From Planctomycetota bacterium (GTDB lineage: Bacteria > Planctomycetota > B15-G4), in assembly GCA_965248575.1 (NCBI GenBank), contig CBDFJQ010000002.1:4384001-4448000 (forward strand): DNA of 64,000 bases, in the 5' to 3' direction. This document shows, piece by piece, positions 46,373 through 55,017 of this stretch (position 1 is the stretch's first letter; each line of letters starts with the position of its first letter). Made by a program: the position numbers and the translations under genes. The notes beneath the pieces were generated by a model, which was given only the letters and a program-made list of their open reading frames with translations, was not told where the DNA came from and made no database searches.

Positions 46373-48094
46373 TCATACGTCTCCACCATCGACAAGCTCG
46401 CCGCTGAGTTTGAGCAGCGCACCGTTCGTGATCTTGCTGCGGTAGAGCTCTCGAACCTCGTCGGTGTCCTGGTCGGCGCTGTACAAGGCGTAGCGTCCCT
46501 TGGGATCCACGACGATCAGGCCGGAAAGGGCCCCGTTCTTGACCAGTGGGCCGCTCAACTTCTGCACCTCGGCGTTCTTCAGCTTGCTCCGGTAGAGCTC
46601 GTAGAGGCCCTGCGTGTCTTCATCTATCTGGTAGACGGCGTAGCGGCCCTTGGGGCCCAGCTGGTAGTTGAAGAAGCCTATGCCAGCACCATCGGGGAGC
46701 GGTGAGTTCAGCCGCTTCACTTCGCCTGTCTTGAGCTTGCTCGCGAAGAGCTCGTAGATGCCGTTGAGGCTTTGGTCGGCGACGTACACCGCGTAGCGGC
46801 CCTTGGGATCAACGCGGTAGTTGGTGGTCAGCACGTCGCCGCCAAAAACGAACGGCGCGCTCAGCCGCAGCGAGGTGCCCGTCTTCAGGTCGCTGCGGAA
46901 GAGCTCCCACACGTTGTCGGTGTTCTGGTCGGCACGGTAGACGACGTAGCGACCCTTGGGATCCAACTGCAAAGCGAAGGAGTCGACGTCTCCATTGGTG
47001 ACCATGGGTCCATTCAACTTCAGCGACACGCCCTTCTTGAGGTCGCTTCGATAGAGCTCGTTCACACCGTCAGCGTCCTGATCGGCGACGTAGACGGCGT
47101 AGCGGCCCTTGGAGTTCACGAGCCGGACCGTACTCATCAAGGTTCCACCGGCGACGAGCTCTCCGCTCAGCTTCAGCTGGGCGCCCGACACCAAGTCGCT
47201 GCGGTAGAGCTCGAGGCGTGGCGGGTTGGACTCCTGAATGAAGTAGATGGCGTAGCGTCCCTTCGGGTCCACGACGGCGTCGAGAAACACGATGGCGCCG
47301 GGGGCCAGCGGCGCGTTCAGCTTCATCGAGACGCCCGTCTTCAGGTTGCTCACGTAGAGCTCGACGACCTGGTCTTCTTCCTGATCAGCTCGGTAGACGA
47401 CGTAGTTGCCTTTGGGTCCCATGGTGTAACCACCGACGTTGCCGCCGGTGACAAGCGGTCCGTTCAACTTGAGCACGCCGCCCTTCTTGAGGTCGGCGCG
47501 ATAGAGCTCGAAGACGCCGTCGGTGTCCGCATCAGCTCTGTAACAGACGTAGCGGCCCTTGGGCCCCAGGGTGAATCCGCCGAAGATATCGCCACCTGTG
47601 ACAAACGGGGTGTTGAGCTTCAGTTGTTCGCCAGTGTTCAGGTCAGTGCTGTAGAGCTGGAGAACGCCGGGGGTCGCTTGGTCGGATCGATAGACGACGT
47701 AGCGGCTCTTGGGGTCCACGGCGTAGGTGCCAGCGCTTGAGGCCGACTCAATAGTTCCGGAGAGCTTCAGCCGCTGACCCGTTTTCAGGTCGCTTCGGTA
47801 GAGCTCGACCACACCCGCGGTGTCCTGGTCGGCGTAGTACACGACGTTCCGACCTTTGAAATCCACGATGTAGGACTCGACCTGCCCGCCGTCCGCGATG
47901 GGGCCGTTCAGCTTGAGTACCTGACCATTCTTCAGGTCGCTGCGGTAGAGCTCCCGAACACCGTCCGTGTCCGCATCCGCGAGGTACACGCTGTAGCGAC
48001 CCTTTGGGTCGACGGTTGGAGACTGCGACTGTGCCAGCAGCGGCCCGCTCAGCAAGCCCAGCGCAAGGATTCCTACCAGTGAGCGACTTCCCAT
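46373..48094 (-). CDS. Secreted 11-repeat TolB-like beta-propeller protein
   Basis: GGAG SD, signal peptide, 11 repeats of ~50 aa: xDPKGRY.VY.AD....V.ELYRSDLK.G..LKL.GP. Confidence 0.9.
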   Translation of the reverse strand: MGSRSLVGILALGLLSGPLLAQSQSPTVDPKGRYSVYLADADTDGVRELYRSDLKNGQVLKLNGPIADGGQVESYIVDFKGRNVVYYADQDTAGVVELYRSDLKTGQRLKLSGTIESASSAGTYAVDPKSRYVVYRSDQATPGVLQLYSTDLNTGEQLKLNTPFVTGGDIFGGFTLGPKGRYVCYRADADTDGVFELYRADLKKGGVLKLNGPLVTGGNVGGYTMGPKGNYVVYRADQEEDQVVELYVSNLKTGVSMKLNAPLAPGAIVFLDAVVDPKGRYAIYFIQESNPPRLELYRSDLVSGAQLKLSGELVAGGTLMSTVRLVNSKGRYAVYVADQDADGVNELYRSDLKKGVSLKLNGPMVTNGDVDSFALQLDPKGRYVVYRADQNTDNVWELFRSDLKTGTSLRLSAPFVFGGDVLTTNYRVDPKGRYAVYVADQSLNGIYELFASKLKTGEVKRLNSPLPDGAGIGFFNYQLGPKGRYAVYQIDEDTQGLYELYRSKLKNAEVQKLSGPLVKNGALSGLIVVDPKGRYALYSADQDTDEVRELYRSKITNGALLKLSGELVDGGDV

Positions 48095-48268
48095 GCGACT
48101 TCTCCTCCGATTGCAAGATGGAGAGGCATGCTAACCGCTGGGCGTGAGGGCCGCCCGAGCTGTTCTGACGGGAGGGGAACGGAAACGCACCAGTTCGTGA
48201 CCGGGAGACCGTGGCGGCGGTGGGGGAGATCCGTTGGCGACCGCGAGCGATCAAGATCAGGCCAGCGA

Positions 48269-48360
48269 GCGTTCAGCGCCGCCGCTCGCGGGTCATCGAG
48301 GTCGCCGCCCAGCTCGGTGTCCAGGAGTCTGATCAGGAACACGAAGGGCTTTGAAACGCT
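48269..48360 (+). repeat. Dispersed motif, long copy 4
   Basis: GCGTTCAGCGCCGC...CGGTGTCCAGGAGTCTGATCAGGAACACGAAGGGCTTTG, a direct repeat of 49316-49422. Confidence 0.8.
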
Positions 48361-48479
48361 TGGCCTCAGAACCAGATCTCCAACACGGCCATCACCTCCA
48401 GCGCCACGTCGCGCTTCGTCTTCGATAGCTTTTCGATCACGTGATGAGTCCCCCGGCACGCGTTGGATACCCTGGGGTC

Positions 48480-49268
48480 ATGCACAGGATCCTCAGCGCG
48501 TTCATCTGTCTGTCCGTCATCTCCGGCTGCGCGGCCCTCACGGCGCTCCCGGGCTCCCGCCAGCTGACGGTCCTCACCTACAACATCCACCACGGTCAGG
48601 GCACCGATGGCGCCTTCGACCTGGAACGCCTGGCGCAGGTGATTCGCGACGCAGACGCCGACCTGGTCGCCCTGCAGGAAGTGGACGTTGGCACCGGGCG
48701 ATCCGGCGGCGTGGACCAGGCCGCCGAGCTGGCGCGGCTGACCGATATGGCCGTCGTCTTCGCCGAGGCGATGCCCTATGACGGTGGGTCCTACGGCGAG
48801 GCCATGTTGTCGCGCTGGCCCATCTCCTCGCACAAAGTCCTGAAGCTGCCAGCCTCCGCCGGCCATGAGCCGCGCGCCGCCATCGTGGTGGTGGTGCAAC
48901 CGACGGGCTGGCCGTTCCCCGTGCGAGTGGCCGGCACGCACCTGGACCACACGGACGACGACACGGACCGGCTCGCGCAGCTGGCTGTGGTGCGCCAGCA
49001 CCTGGAGGAGGGAGCGCTGCCCACGCTGCTGGTGGGCGACCTCAACGCGGCGCCTGACAGCGTGCCCATGTCCCGGCTTCTCGCCGCCGACTGGCTGCCC
49101 GCCGATCCCGACTACGCGTCCACCTTTCCCGCCGACAAGCCCAAGCGGAAGATCGACTGGATCCTGTTGTCGCCGGCCTCGGCAGGACGACTGATAGAAC
49201 CGATGGTGCTGACCGCACCCGTGGCATCCGACCACGCGCCCTTCCGGGCCGTCTGGGTGCTCGACTGA
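48480..49268 (+). CDS. Endonuclease/exonuclease/phosphatase-family lipoprotein
   Basis: ISG-C lipobox; TYNIHHG, LQEVD, THLD, GDLNA, IDWIL, SDH. Confidence 0.9.
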   Translation: MHRILSAFICLSVISGCAALTALPGSRQLTVLTYNIHHGQGTDGAFDLERLAQVIRDADADLVALQEVDVGTGRSGGVDQAAELARLTDMAVVFAEAMPYDGGSYGEAMLSRWPISSHKVLKLPASAGHEPRAAIVVVVQPTGWPFPVRVAGTHLDHTDDDTDRLAQLAVVRQHLEEGALPTLLVGDLNAAPDSVPMSRLLAADWLPADPDYASTFPADKPKRKIDWILLSPASAGRLIEPMVLTAPVASDHAPFRAVWVLD

Positions 49269-49315
49269 GACGGTCGCGATTCCACGCCTCCGGCCATCTC
49301 ATCGAGCGCTTCGAT

Positions 49316-49422
49316 GCGTTCAGCGCCGCAGCACGCGGGGCATCGGGGCCGCCGATCAGCCCCTCGCCCCGGTGTCCAGGAGTCTGATCCGGAACACGAG
49401 GGGCTTTGTTTCGCCTCTCCTC
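49316..49422 (+). repeat. Dispersed motif, long copy 5
   Basis: ...CGGTGTCCAGGAGTCTGATCCGGAACACGAGGGGCTTTGTTTCGCCTCTCCTC. Confidence 0.8.
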
Positions 49423-49443
49423 GGAGGGTGCTACGGTTCGCCC

Positions 49444-50406
49444 GTGAGAGTTCACCTGGACATCAGCAAGAACATCCTGGAGCAGTTCTGCTCGGTGTTT
49501 GGGAATCGTCCTGACGGCCCGCGGCACAGCCTTGTCATGCCCGCCGAGATCGGTGTCGGCAGGATGGACCTGATGGAACTTCCGAATGGGCTGGAGTTCT
49601 ACCACTACACGAGCACGCTGAAGCAGCCGCTCGAGATCACGTCCACCAACCCGCCGGGCAGCGGATGGTGTGGATTGAACGTGAACCTGGCCGACTCCGA
49701 GCTGGTGCGAACCGTCGGGAGCAACGAGGTCACGATCCAGCGCTGCTTGCAGTCGGGCATGCTCGTGCACACGCCTGGATCGACGATCGAGGGCGTGAAC
49801 GAAGCCGGCGTGGTCTCCGAGTCGGTCTTCATCCGCTTCCACGACGAATTCCTGGGCGCGTACTTCGATACGGGCTTCGACTCGCTTCGCCCCCGACACG
49901 GCGTGGTTCTCTTCGAGCACCTGGACTATCGCGCGGAGATGCTCCTGCGAGAGGTGATTGGATCGAAGTCCGACAAACTGGGTGCCCACGCCAGGCTCCT
50001 GGAGTTCATGCAGGGATTCCTGGCCAAGATCGAGTCGCGGGAGACCGGAGAGTCCAGCGAACGATTACATGCCGACGACATGCGAGGGTTGTTCCGGGCC
50101 CAGGCCGCCCTGCGCAACCCGCTGGCCTCGGACGTGCCTTCCATCTCCGAGCTGGCCGACCTGGCCCAGATGGGCATGACCAGGTTCAAGGCCTCGTTCA
50201 GGGCTGTCTTTGGCGTGGCTCCCTTGCGATACCACCACAAGCTGAAGATGGACCATGCGCGCAACGAGCTGCTGGCCCGACGCAAGACGCCGTCCGAGCT
50301 GAGCTACGAGTTGGGCTACAGCCACCCGTCCAAGTTCACCGCCGCGTTCAAGCGGCACTTCGAGCAGCTGCCCTCGCAGGTTCACCGGGACCAGTTCCGT
50401 CCTTGA
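49444..50406 (+). CDS. AraC-family regulator
   Basis: PSISELA...M..T.FK..F..VFG; SELSYELGYSHPSKFTAAFKRHF. GTG 49444 chosen from the upstream -10-like box. Confidence 0.88.
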   Translation: MRVHLDISKNILEQFCSVFGNRPDGPRHSLVMPAEIGVGRMDLMELPNGLEFYHYTSTLKQPLEITSTNPPGSGWCGLNVNLADSELVRTVGSNEVTIQRCLQSGMLVHTPGSTIEGVNEAGVVSESVFIRFHDEFLGAYFDTGFDSLRPRHGVVLFEHLDYRAEMLLREVIGSKSDKLGAHARLLEFMQGFLAKIESRETGESSERLHADDMRGLFRAQAALRNPLASDVPSISELADLAQMGMTRFKASFRAVFGVAPLRYHHKLKMDHARNELLARRKTPSELSYELGYSHPSKFTAAFKRHFEQLPSQVHRDQFRP

Positions 50407-50468
50407 GGGACAAGCAAGCGACTCCCGTGGGTAACGGCTGACGCATCACGGCGCCCAAGCTTGCGCTG

Positions 50469-51275
50469 ATGAATGTCTATCCTCGAGCCCACTGGTACCT
50501 CGTTCTCGGTTTCGTCGTCGCGGTCGCCGGGTTCATCCCCTCGTATTGGTCCCAGGATTTGGGCACGTTCGGGGTGTCCATTCACGTGCACGCCGCCTCG
50601 GCCACGCTCTGGTTTCTCGCGCTCATCGTCCAACCCTGGTTGATCAACGCGGGCAATCTCAAGGCTCATCGCATCTTCGGGAGTCTCGCGCTCCTGATTG
50701 CGGTGGTGCTGACGCTGACGGCCGCGCTGATCACGCCCCGGAACCTGCAACTCCAGGCCGCGAACCCGAACCTGCCTTACATGTTCGTGTACTGGGACAT
50801 CACGACCATCAGCCTCTTCGCGATCTTCGTCACCCGGGGCATGAAGCATCGCAGAGATGTCCAGCTGCATGCACGCTTCATGGTGGGCACCGTCTTCGTG
50901 CCTATCCTGCCCGCGCTGGCGCGAGGGCTGTTCTTCTACGGCGTGGTGGAGAACTTCGTCTCCGCCCTGTACGTCGGGAACATGATCACGCTGACGGCGA
51001 TCGCGGTGTTGATCCACGATGACGACAAGCAGGGTCAGCTGCGCTCGCCCTACCGCTGGCTCTTCGGCGTCTTCGCTGTCCTGGGCACGACCATCGAGAT
51101 CGTAGGGTCGGCCGCCTGGTGGCAGACTTTGGTGGACGCGGCCGTGGTCCCGCTCACCTGGGCCGTGCTGCTGGTGGGGGCGGGGTCGGCGGCCCTCCTG
51201 GGCCTCCAGAGTCAACGTTCCTCACGCGTTGGTCCCGATCCGATTGCCAACCATGCCGGCTCCGACGGTCCGTAA
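50469..51275 (+). CDS. Integral membrane protein with conserved histidines (DUF2306-like)
   Basis: About 8 TM helices; HVHA, Q..L....HR.FG, HARFM. Confidence 0.75.
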   Translation: MNVYPRAHWYLVLGFVVAVAGFIPSYWSQDLGTFGVSIHVHAASATLWFLALIVQPWLINAGNLKAHRIFGSLALLIAVVLTLTAALITPRNLQLQAANPNLPYMFVYWDITTISLFAIFVTRGMKHRRDVQLHARFMVGTVFVPILPALARGLFFYGVVENFVSALYVGNMITLTAIAVLIHDDDKQGQLRSPYRWLFGVFAVLGTTIEIVGSAAWWQTLVDAAVVPLTWAVLLVGAGSAALLGLQSQRSSRVGPDPIANHAGSDGP

Positions 51276-51577
51276 GGCGACACGGCTACAAACACCCTGG
51301 CGGGCGCGGCTCAGGTTGCACACGCACCCGGTCGCGAGCGGAATCACGTCGCCGCCTCACAAGTATGATCGCCCTTCTGTTGCAGCGGATCTGCCCGGGC
51401 GCCGTTGGCCAGAGCACGCAAGAGGCCGCCGAGACCATCGAGGCCATGCTCCGAACGCATGCCGTGAGCCCGGAGGGCAGGTTCACGGGCCAGTTCGTGC
51501 CGACATCGGTGCGATCTCCGGCACCGCCGTCCGGTTAGGATGCGCGCCGGGCAACCATCCTTCGCAGGGCAACGGGC

Positions 51578-54508
51578 GTGGACGACACTTTCGAACGGAC
51601 GCGGGCCGCGCTCGCCGAGCATTATGAACTGCGGAAGCTGCTCGGGCGTGGCGGCATGGCCGAGGTGTATCTGGCCCAGGACCTGCGCCACGATCGCAGC
51701 GTTGCGGTGAAGGTGCTGCGGCCCGACGTGGCCGCGCAACTGGGTACCGAGCGCTTCCTGCGGGAGGTGCGCGTGGCGGCCGGGCTCTCGCACCCGCACG
51801 TGCTGCCGCTGCACGACTCGGGCGAGGCGGAGGGCCTCCTTTACTACGTGATGCCCTGCGTGGAGGGGGAGTCGCTGGCCGAGCACCTGGCGCATCATGC
51901 CCCGCTGCCGCTGGAGGAGGCCGTCAGGCTGGGCCGCGGCATTGCACAGGCCCTGGGCCACGCCCACGCGCGCGGCGTGGTGCACCGCGACGTCAAACCG
52001 GGCAACGTGCTGATGTCGGAGGGCGAGCCACTGCTGGCCGACTTCGGCCTTGCCAGCAGCGATGTGCCGCAGGATCTGGCGTTGACCCAGGCCGGTGACG
52101 CGCTGGGCACGCCGCTCACCATGAGTCCCGAGCAGGCGGGGGGGCAACCCACCGACGCCCGCAGCGATGTGTACTCCCTGGGCTGCGTGCTGTTCGAGAT
52201 GCTCACGGGCCGGCCTCCCTTTCATGGTGCCTCGGCGGCCGAGCTCTTCGCGCATCATCGCGAGACGAAGGTCCCACGCCTGGCTAGCCTGCGCGCCGAC
52301 GCACCGCCTGCGCTGGATCAGTTGGTCGCCCGTTGCCTGGCCAAGCGCCCCGACGACCGACCCGCAAACGGCGAGGTCGTGGCCGAGGAGTTGGACACCA
52401 TCCTCGGCACCTTGCGCACCGGCGCGGTGCGGGTCGAAGGCGGCCGGCGCATGAAGCGCATCGTGGGCGTGTCGGCGCTGGTGGTGCTCGTGCTGGGCGG
52501 CGTGCTGTTCGCCGTACTGCGCGACCGCTCGCGACGCGCGTGGGTGGACGAAGAGGCCTTGCCCGCGCTCGAGGCCGCCATGGACGCCAGTGCCTGGGAG
52601 GACGCGATGCAGCTGGGCCTGGAGATCGAGGCCATCGTGCCCGACCATCCGCAGCTGGTCAGTCTGAAGGACGGCTACTCGGGGGAGGTGGAGCTGCTCA
52701 GTGATCCGCCGGGTGCCAGCGTGACGCGCCAACCGCTGGACAGAGCCGCTACCGGGACCGACACCGGGGCTGCCCCCGTGTGGATCCCCCTGGGCGTCAC
52801 GCCGGTGACGGTGCGCTTGCCGCACGGGTTCCATCGCCTGCGCTTCGAGAAGCAGGGCTACCGCACCTCCGAGATCGCGTCGCACTGGTACTACCTGCGC
52901 GGGCAGACCACGCGCCTGGCCAAGCCCGGCGAGGTGCCCGACGACATGGTCTTCGTGCCGGGCGGCCGCGTCGCGTTGAACATCCCGGGGCTGGACCACC
53001 TGGCCGAGGTGGAGCTGAACAACGCCTGCCTGGGCCGGGACGAGGTGACCGTCGGGGAGTACGCGCGCTTCGTAGAAGCCGGTGGCTACACGGATCCGCA
53101 GTGGTGGACGGAAGCCTTCCTGCACGACGGCGTGACGCTCTCTTTCGAGCCGGCGATGCAGCGGCTGCAGGACGCCACGGGGCGCCCCGGGCCGGCGAGC
53201 TGGATCGCCGGCGCACCTCCCGAGGGGACGGCGCGGCACCCGGTGACAGGAGTGTCGTGGTACGAGGCGGCCGCCTACTGCGCGTGGGCCGGGCGGGAGC
53301 TGCCCACCATCTATCATTGGAATCGCGCGGCCGAGACGAGGCTCTCCGCGATGGTGGTGCCCGGCAGTCACTTCGACGGCGGCGCGCCGGCGGACGTGGG
53401 CAGTTACCCAGCGCTCTCGGCCTTCGGGCTGCGCGACATGGCGGGCAACGCGCGCGAGTGGTGCAGCAACCACACCAGCAAGGGGGAGCGCGCCATCCTG
53501 GGCGGCGGCTTCGACGACCTGCCATACATGTTCAACGACTTCTTCGCCGCCGACCCTTGGGACCGCAGCCCCAGCAACGGCTTCCGCACGGCGACCTACT
53601 CCGAGCCGCCCGGCGCGAGCGTGACCGCAGCCGTGGACCCGCCCTCGCGGGATTTCCGGGGCGAGACGCCGGCCTCGGATGAAGTCTTCGCAGTCTACCG
53701 CGACCTCTACCGCTACGACCCGCTGCCTCTAGACTCCGAGGTGCTGCTGCGCGACGAAGGCCATGCAGACTACGTCGCGCAGCGCGTCGCCTACACCCTG
53801 CCCTACGGTGACGAGCGCGGCGAGGCGTGGCTGTACACACCCAAGCGCGGGGACGGCCCGTTCCCGTGCGCGGTGATCTTCCCTGGCAGCAACGCCATCC
53901 ACACCGACAGCAGCGATTCCCTGGTGCGCAGTCGCTTCGGCTGGCTTATGCGCCAGGGCTACGCGGTGATCCTCCCGATCTACCTCGCGACCTATGAGCG
54001 TGGCACGGAGCTGAAGAGCGACTACCCGGACGAGAGCCAGCGTTGGCGGGATCACGTCGTGGCCTGGGGCAAGGACATGTCACGCGCCATCGACTACCTG
54101 GAGGAGCGTCTTGACTGCGACGCGGATCGGCTGGCGTACTTCGGCACCAGCTGGGGTGGAGCCATGGGGCCGATCATGGTGGCCATCGAACCGCGCTTCG
54201 ACGCGGCGGCGCTCTACGTGGCGGGCCTGTTGTTCCAGAAGAGCCGTCCGGAGGTGGAGGCCATCCACTACGCACCGCGGGTGACGGTGCCGGTGGTGAT
54301 GCTCAACGGCAAGTACGACCACTTCTTCCCGGTGGAGACCAGCCAGCGTCCGCTCTACGACTTGCTGGGGACGGCCGACGACAAGAAGCGCTACGTGCTC
54401 GAGGAGGGCGGCCACTTCGTGCCGAAGGAGACCCTGGTGCGTGAGGTACTCGCGTGGTTCGACGAGTGGGTGAAGGGAGTGGGGGGCGAGGAGCAAGCGA
54501 AGGGGTGA
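51578..54508 (+). CDS. Hanks-type Ser/Thr kinase - TM - FGE/SUMF1 domain - alpha/beta hydrolase fusion
   Basis: GRGGMA, VAVK, HRDVKPGN, DFG; TM; EVTV.EY, PVTGVSWYEAAAYC, DMAGNAREW; GTSWG, NGKYD, GGH. Confidence 0.92.
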   Translation: MDDTFERTRAALAEHYELRKLLGRGGMAEVYLAQDLRHDRSVAVKVLRPDVAAQLGTERFLREVRVAAGLSHPHVLPLHDSGEAEGLLYYVMPCVEGESLAEHLAHHAPLPLEEAVRLGRGIAQALGHAHARGVVHRDVKPGNVLMSEGEPLLADFGLASSDVPQDLALTQAGDALGTPLTMSPEQAGGQPTDARSDVYSLGCVLFEMLTGRPPFHGASAAELFAHHRETKVPRLASLRADAPPALDQLVARCLAKRPDDRPANGEVVAEELDTILGTLRTGAVRVEGGRRMKRIVGVSALVVLVLGGVLFAVLRDRSRRAWVDEEALPALEAAMDASAWEDAMQLGLEIEAIVPDHPQLVSLKDGYSGEVELLSDPPGASVTRQPLDRAATGTDTGAAPVWIPLGVTPVTVRLPHGFHRLRFEKQGYRTSEIASHWYYLRGQTTRLAKPGEVPDDMVFVPGGRVALNIPGLDHLAEVELNNACLGRDEVTVGEYARFVEAGGYTDPQWWTEAFLHDGVTLSFEPAMQRLQDATGRPGPASWIAGAPPEGTARHPVTGVSWYEAAAYCAWAGRELPTIYHWNRAAETRLSAMVVPGSHFDGGAPADVGSYPALSAFGLRDMAGNAREWCSNHTSKGERAILGGGFDDLPYMFNDFFAADPWDRSPSNGFRTATYSEPPGASVTAAVDPPSRDFRGETPASDEVFAVYRDLYRYDPLPLDSEVLLRDEGHADYVAQRVAYTLPYGDERGEAWLYTPKRGDGPFPCAVIFPGSNAIHTDSSDSLVRSRFGWLMRQGYAVILPIYLATYERGTELKSDYPDESQRWRDHVVAWGKDMSRAIDYLEERLDCDADRLAYFGTSWGGAMGPIMVAIEPRFDAAALYVAGLLFQKSRPEVEAIHYAPRVTVPVVMLNGKYDHFFPVETSQRPLYDLLGTADDKKRYVLEEGGHFVPKETLVREVLAWFDEWVKGVGGEEQAKG

Positions 54509-54524
54509 GCAGGGTCGGGGGACC

Positions 54525-54824
54525 GTGCCGCCGCTCGCCGACCTGCAGGTCTCGGTGACCAGCGGCAGCAATCCCCTGCTGCTGACCTTCGATGCAGGCG
54601 GAAGCACGGACCCGGACGGGCAGCTCATCGCCTACCGGCTCGACCTGGGCGATGGCTCGCCGCCGATCGACCTGGATCCGGGCTTCCTGCAGGCCACCCA
54701 CGTCTACAACCGCTTCGGAACCGGACCGATCCTCGTGCCCACGACCTTCGACGCACTACTCACCGTGACCGATGATTCGGGCGACCAGCACTCGACGATG
54801 GTCTCGGTGATGGTCAATCCCTGA
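54525..54824 (+). CDS. Lone PKD domain, possibly the 3' remnant of a larger gene
   Basis: FDAGGSTDPDG.LI.Y..DLGDG...HVY...LTVTDDSG; no signal peptide. Confidence 0.6.
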   Translation: MPPLADLQVSVTSGSNPLLLTFDAGGSTDPDGQLIAYRLDLGDGSPPIDLDPGFLQATHVYNRFGTGPILVPTTFDALLTVTDDSGDQHSTMVSVMVNP

Positions 54825-54922
54825 GGATCCCTTCCTCTCAGAGTTTCCAATGGGCGTAGTCGTCTGCGCGGGGCTTGGTGTTGCGGGCGATGGGGGTGGG
54901 TTCCCGGAAGAAGCGGCGCTAC

Positions 54923-54994
54923 TTACCCCAACGACGTCGACACGCTCTGCACTTCGTCCTCCTCCAACGCATCGACCAACGCCAGCACCCGTCG
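54923..54994 (-). pseudogene. 3' remnant resembling the YebC/PmpR C-terminus
   Basis: RRVLALVDALEEDEVQSVSTSLG* against the family pattern LIDALE..DDVQ.V..N. Confidence 0.5.
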
Positions 54995-55017
54995 TCCGTG
55001 CCGCGGAACGAGCCCGC

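Noticed and set aside
48366..48440. MazF/PemK toxin C-terminal remnant
   Set aside because: Only ~24 codons with weak resemblance, not enough to name.
716..49422. Dispersed motif as integron attC sites
   Set aside because: No RYYYAAC...GTTRRRY ends or long hairpin, no intI, and the genes lie on both strands.
51578..54508. FGE (C-type-lectin fold) domain as a DGR target
   Set aside because: The domain is internal, and I saw no second copy of its 3' region and no reverse transcriptase.
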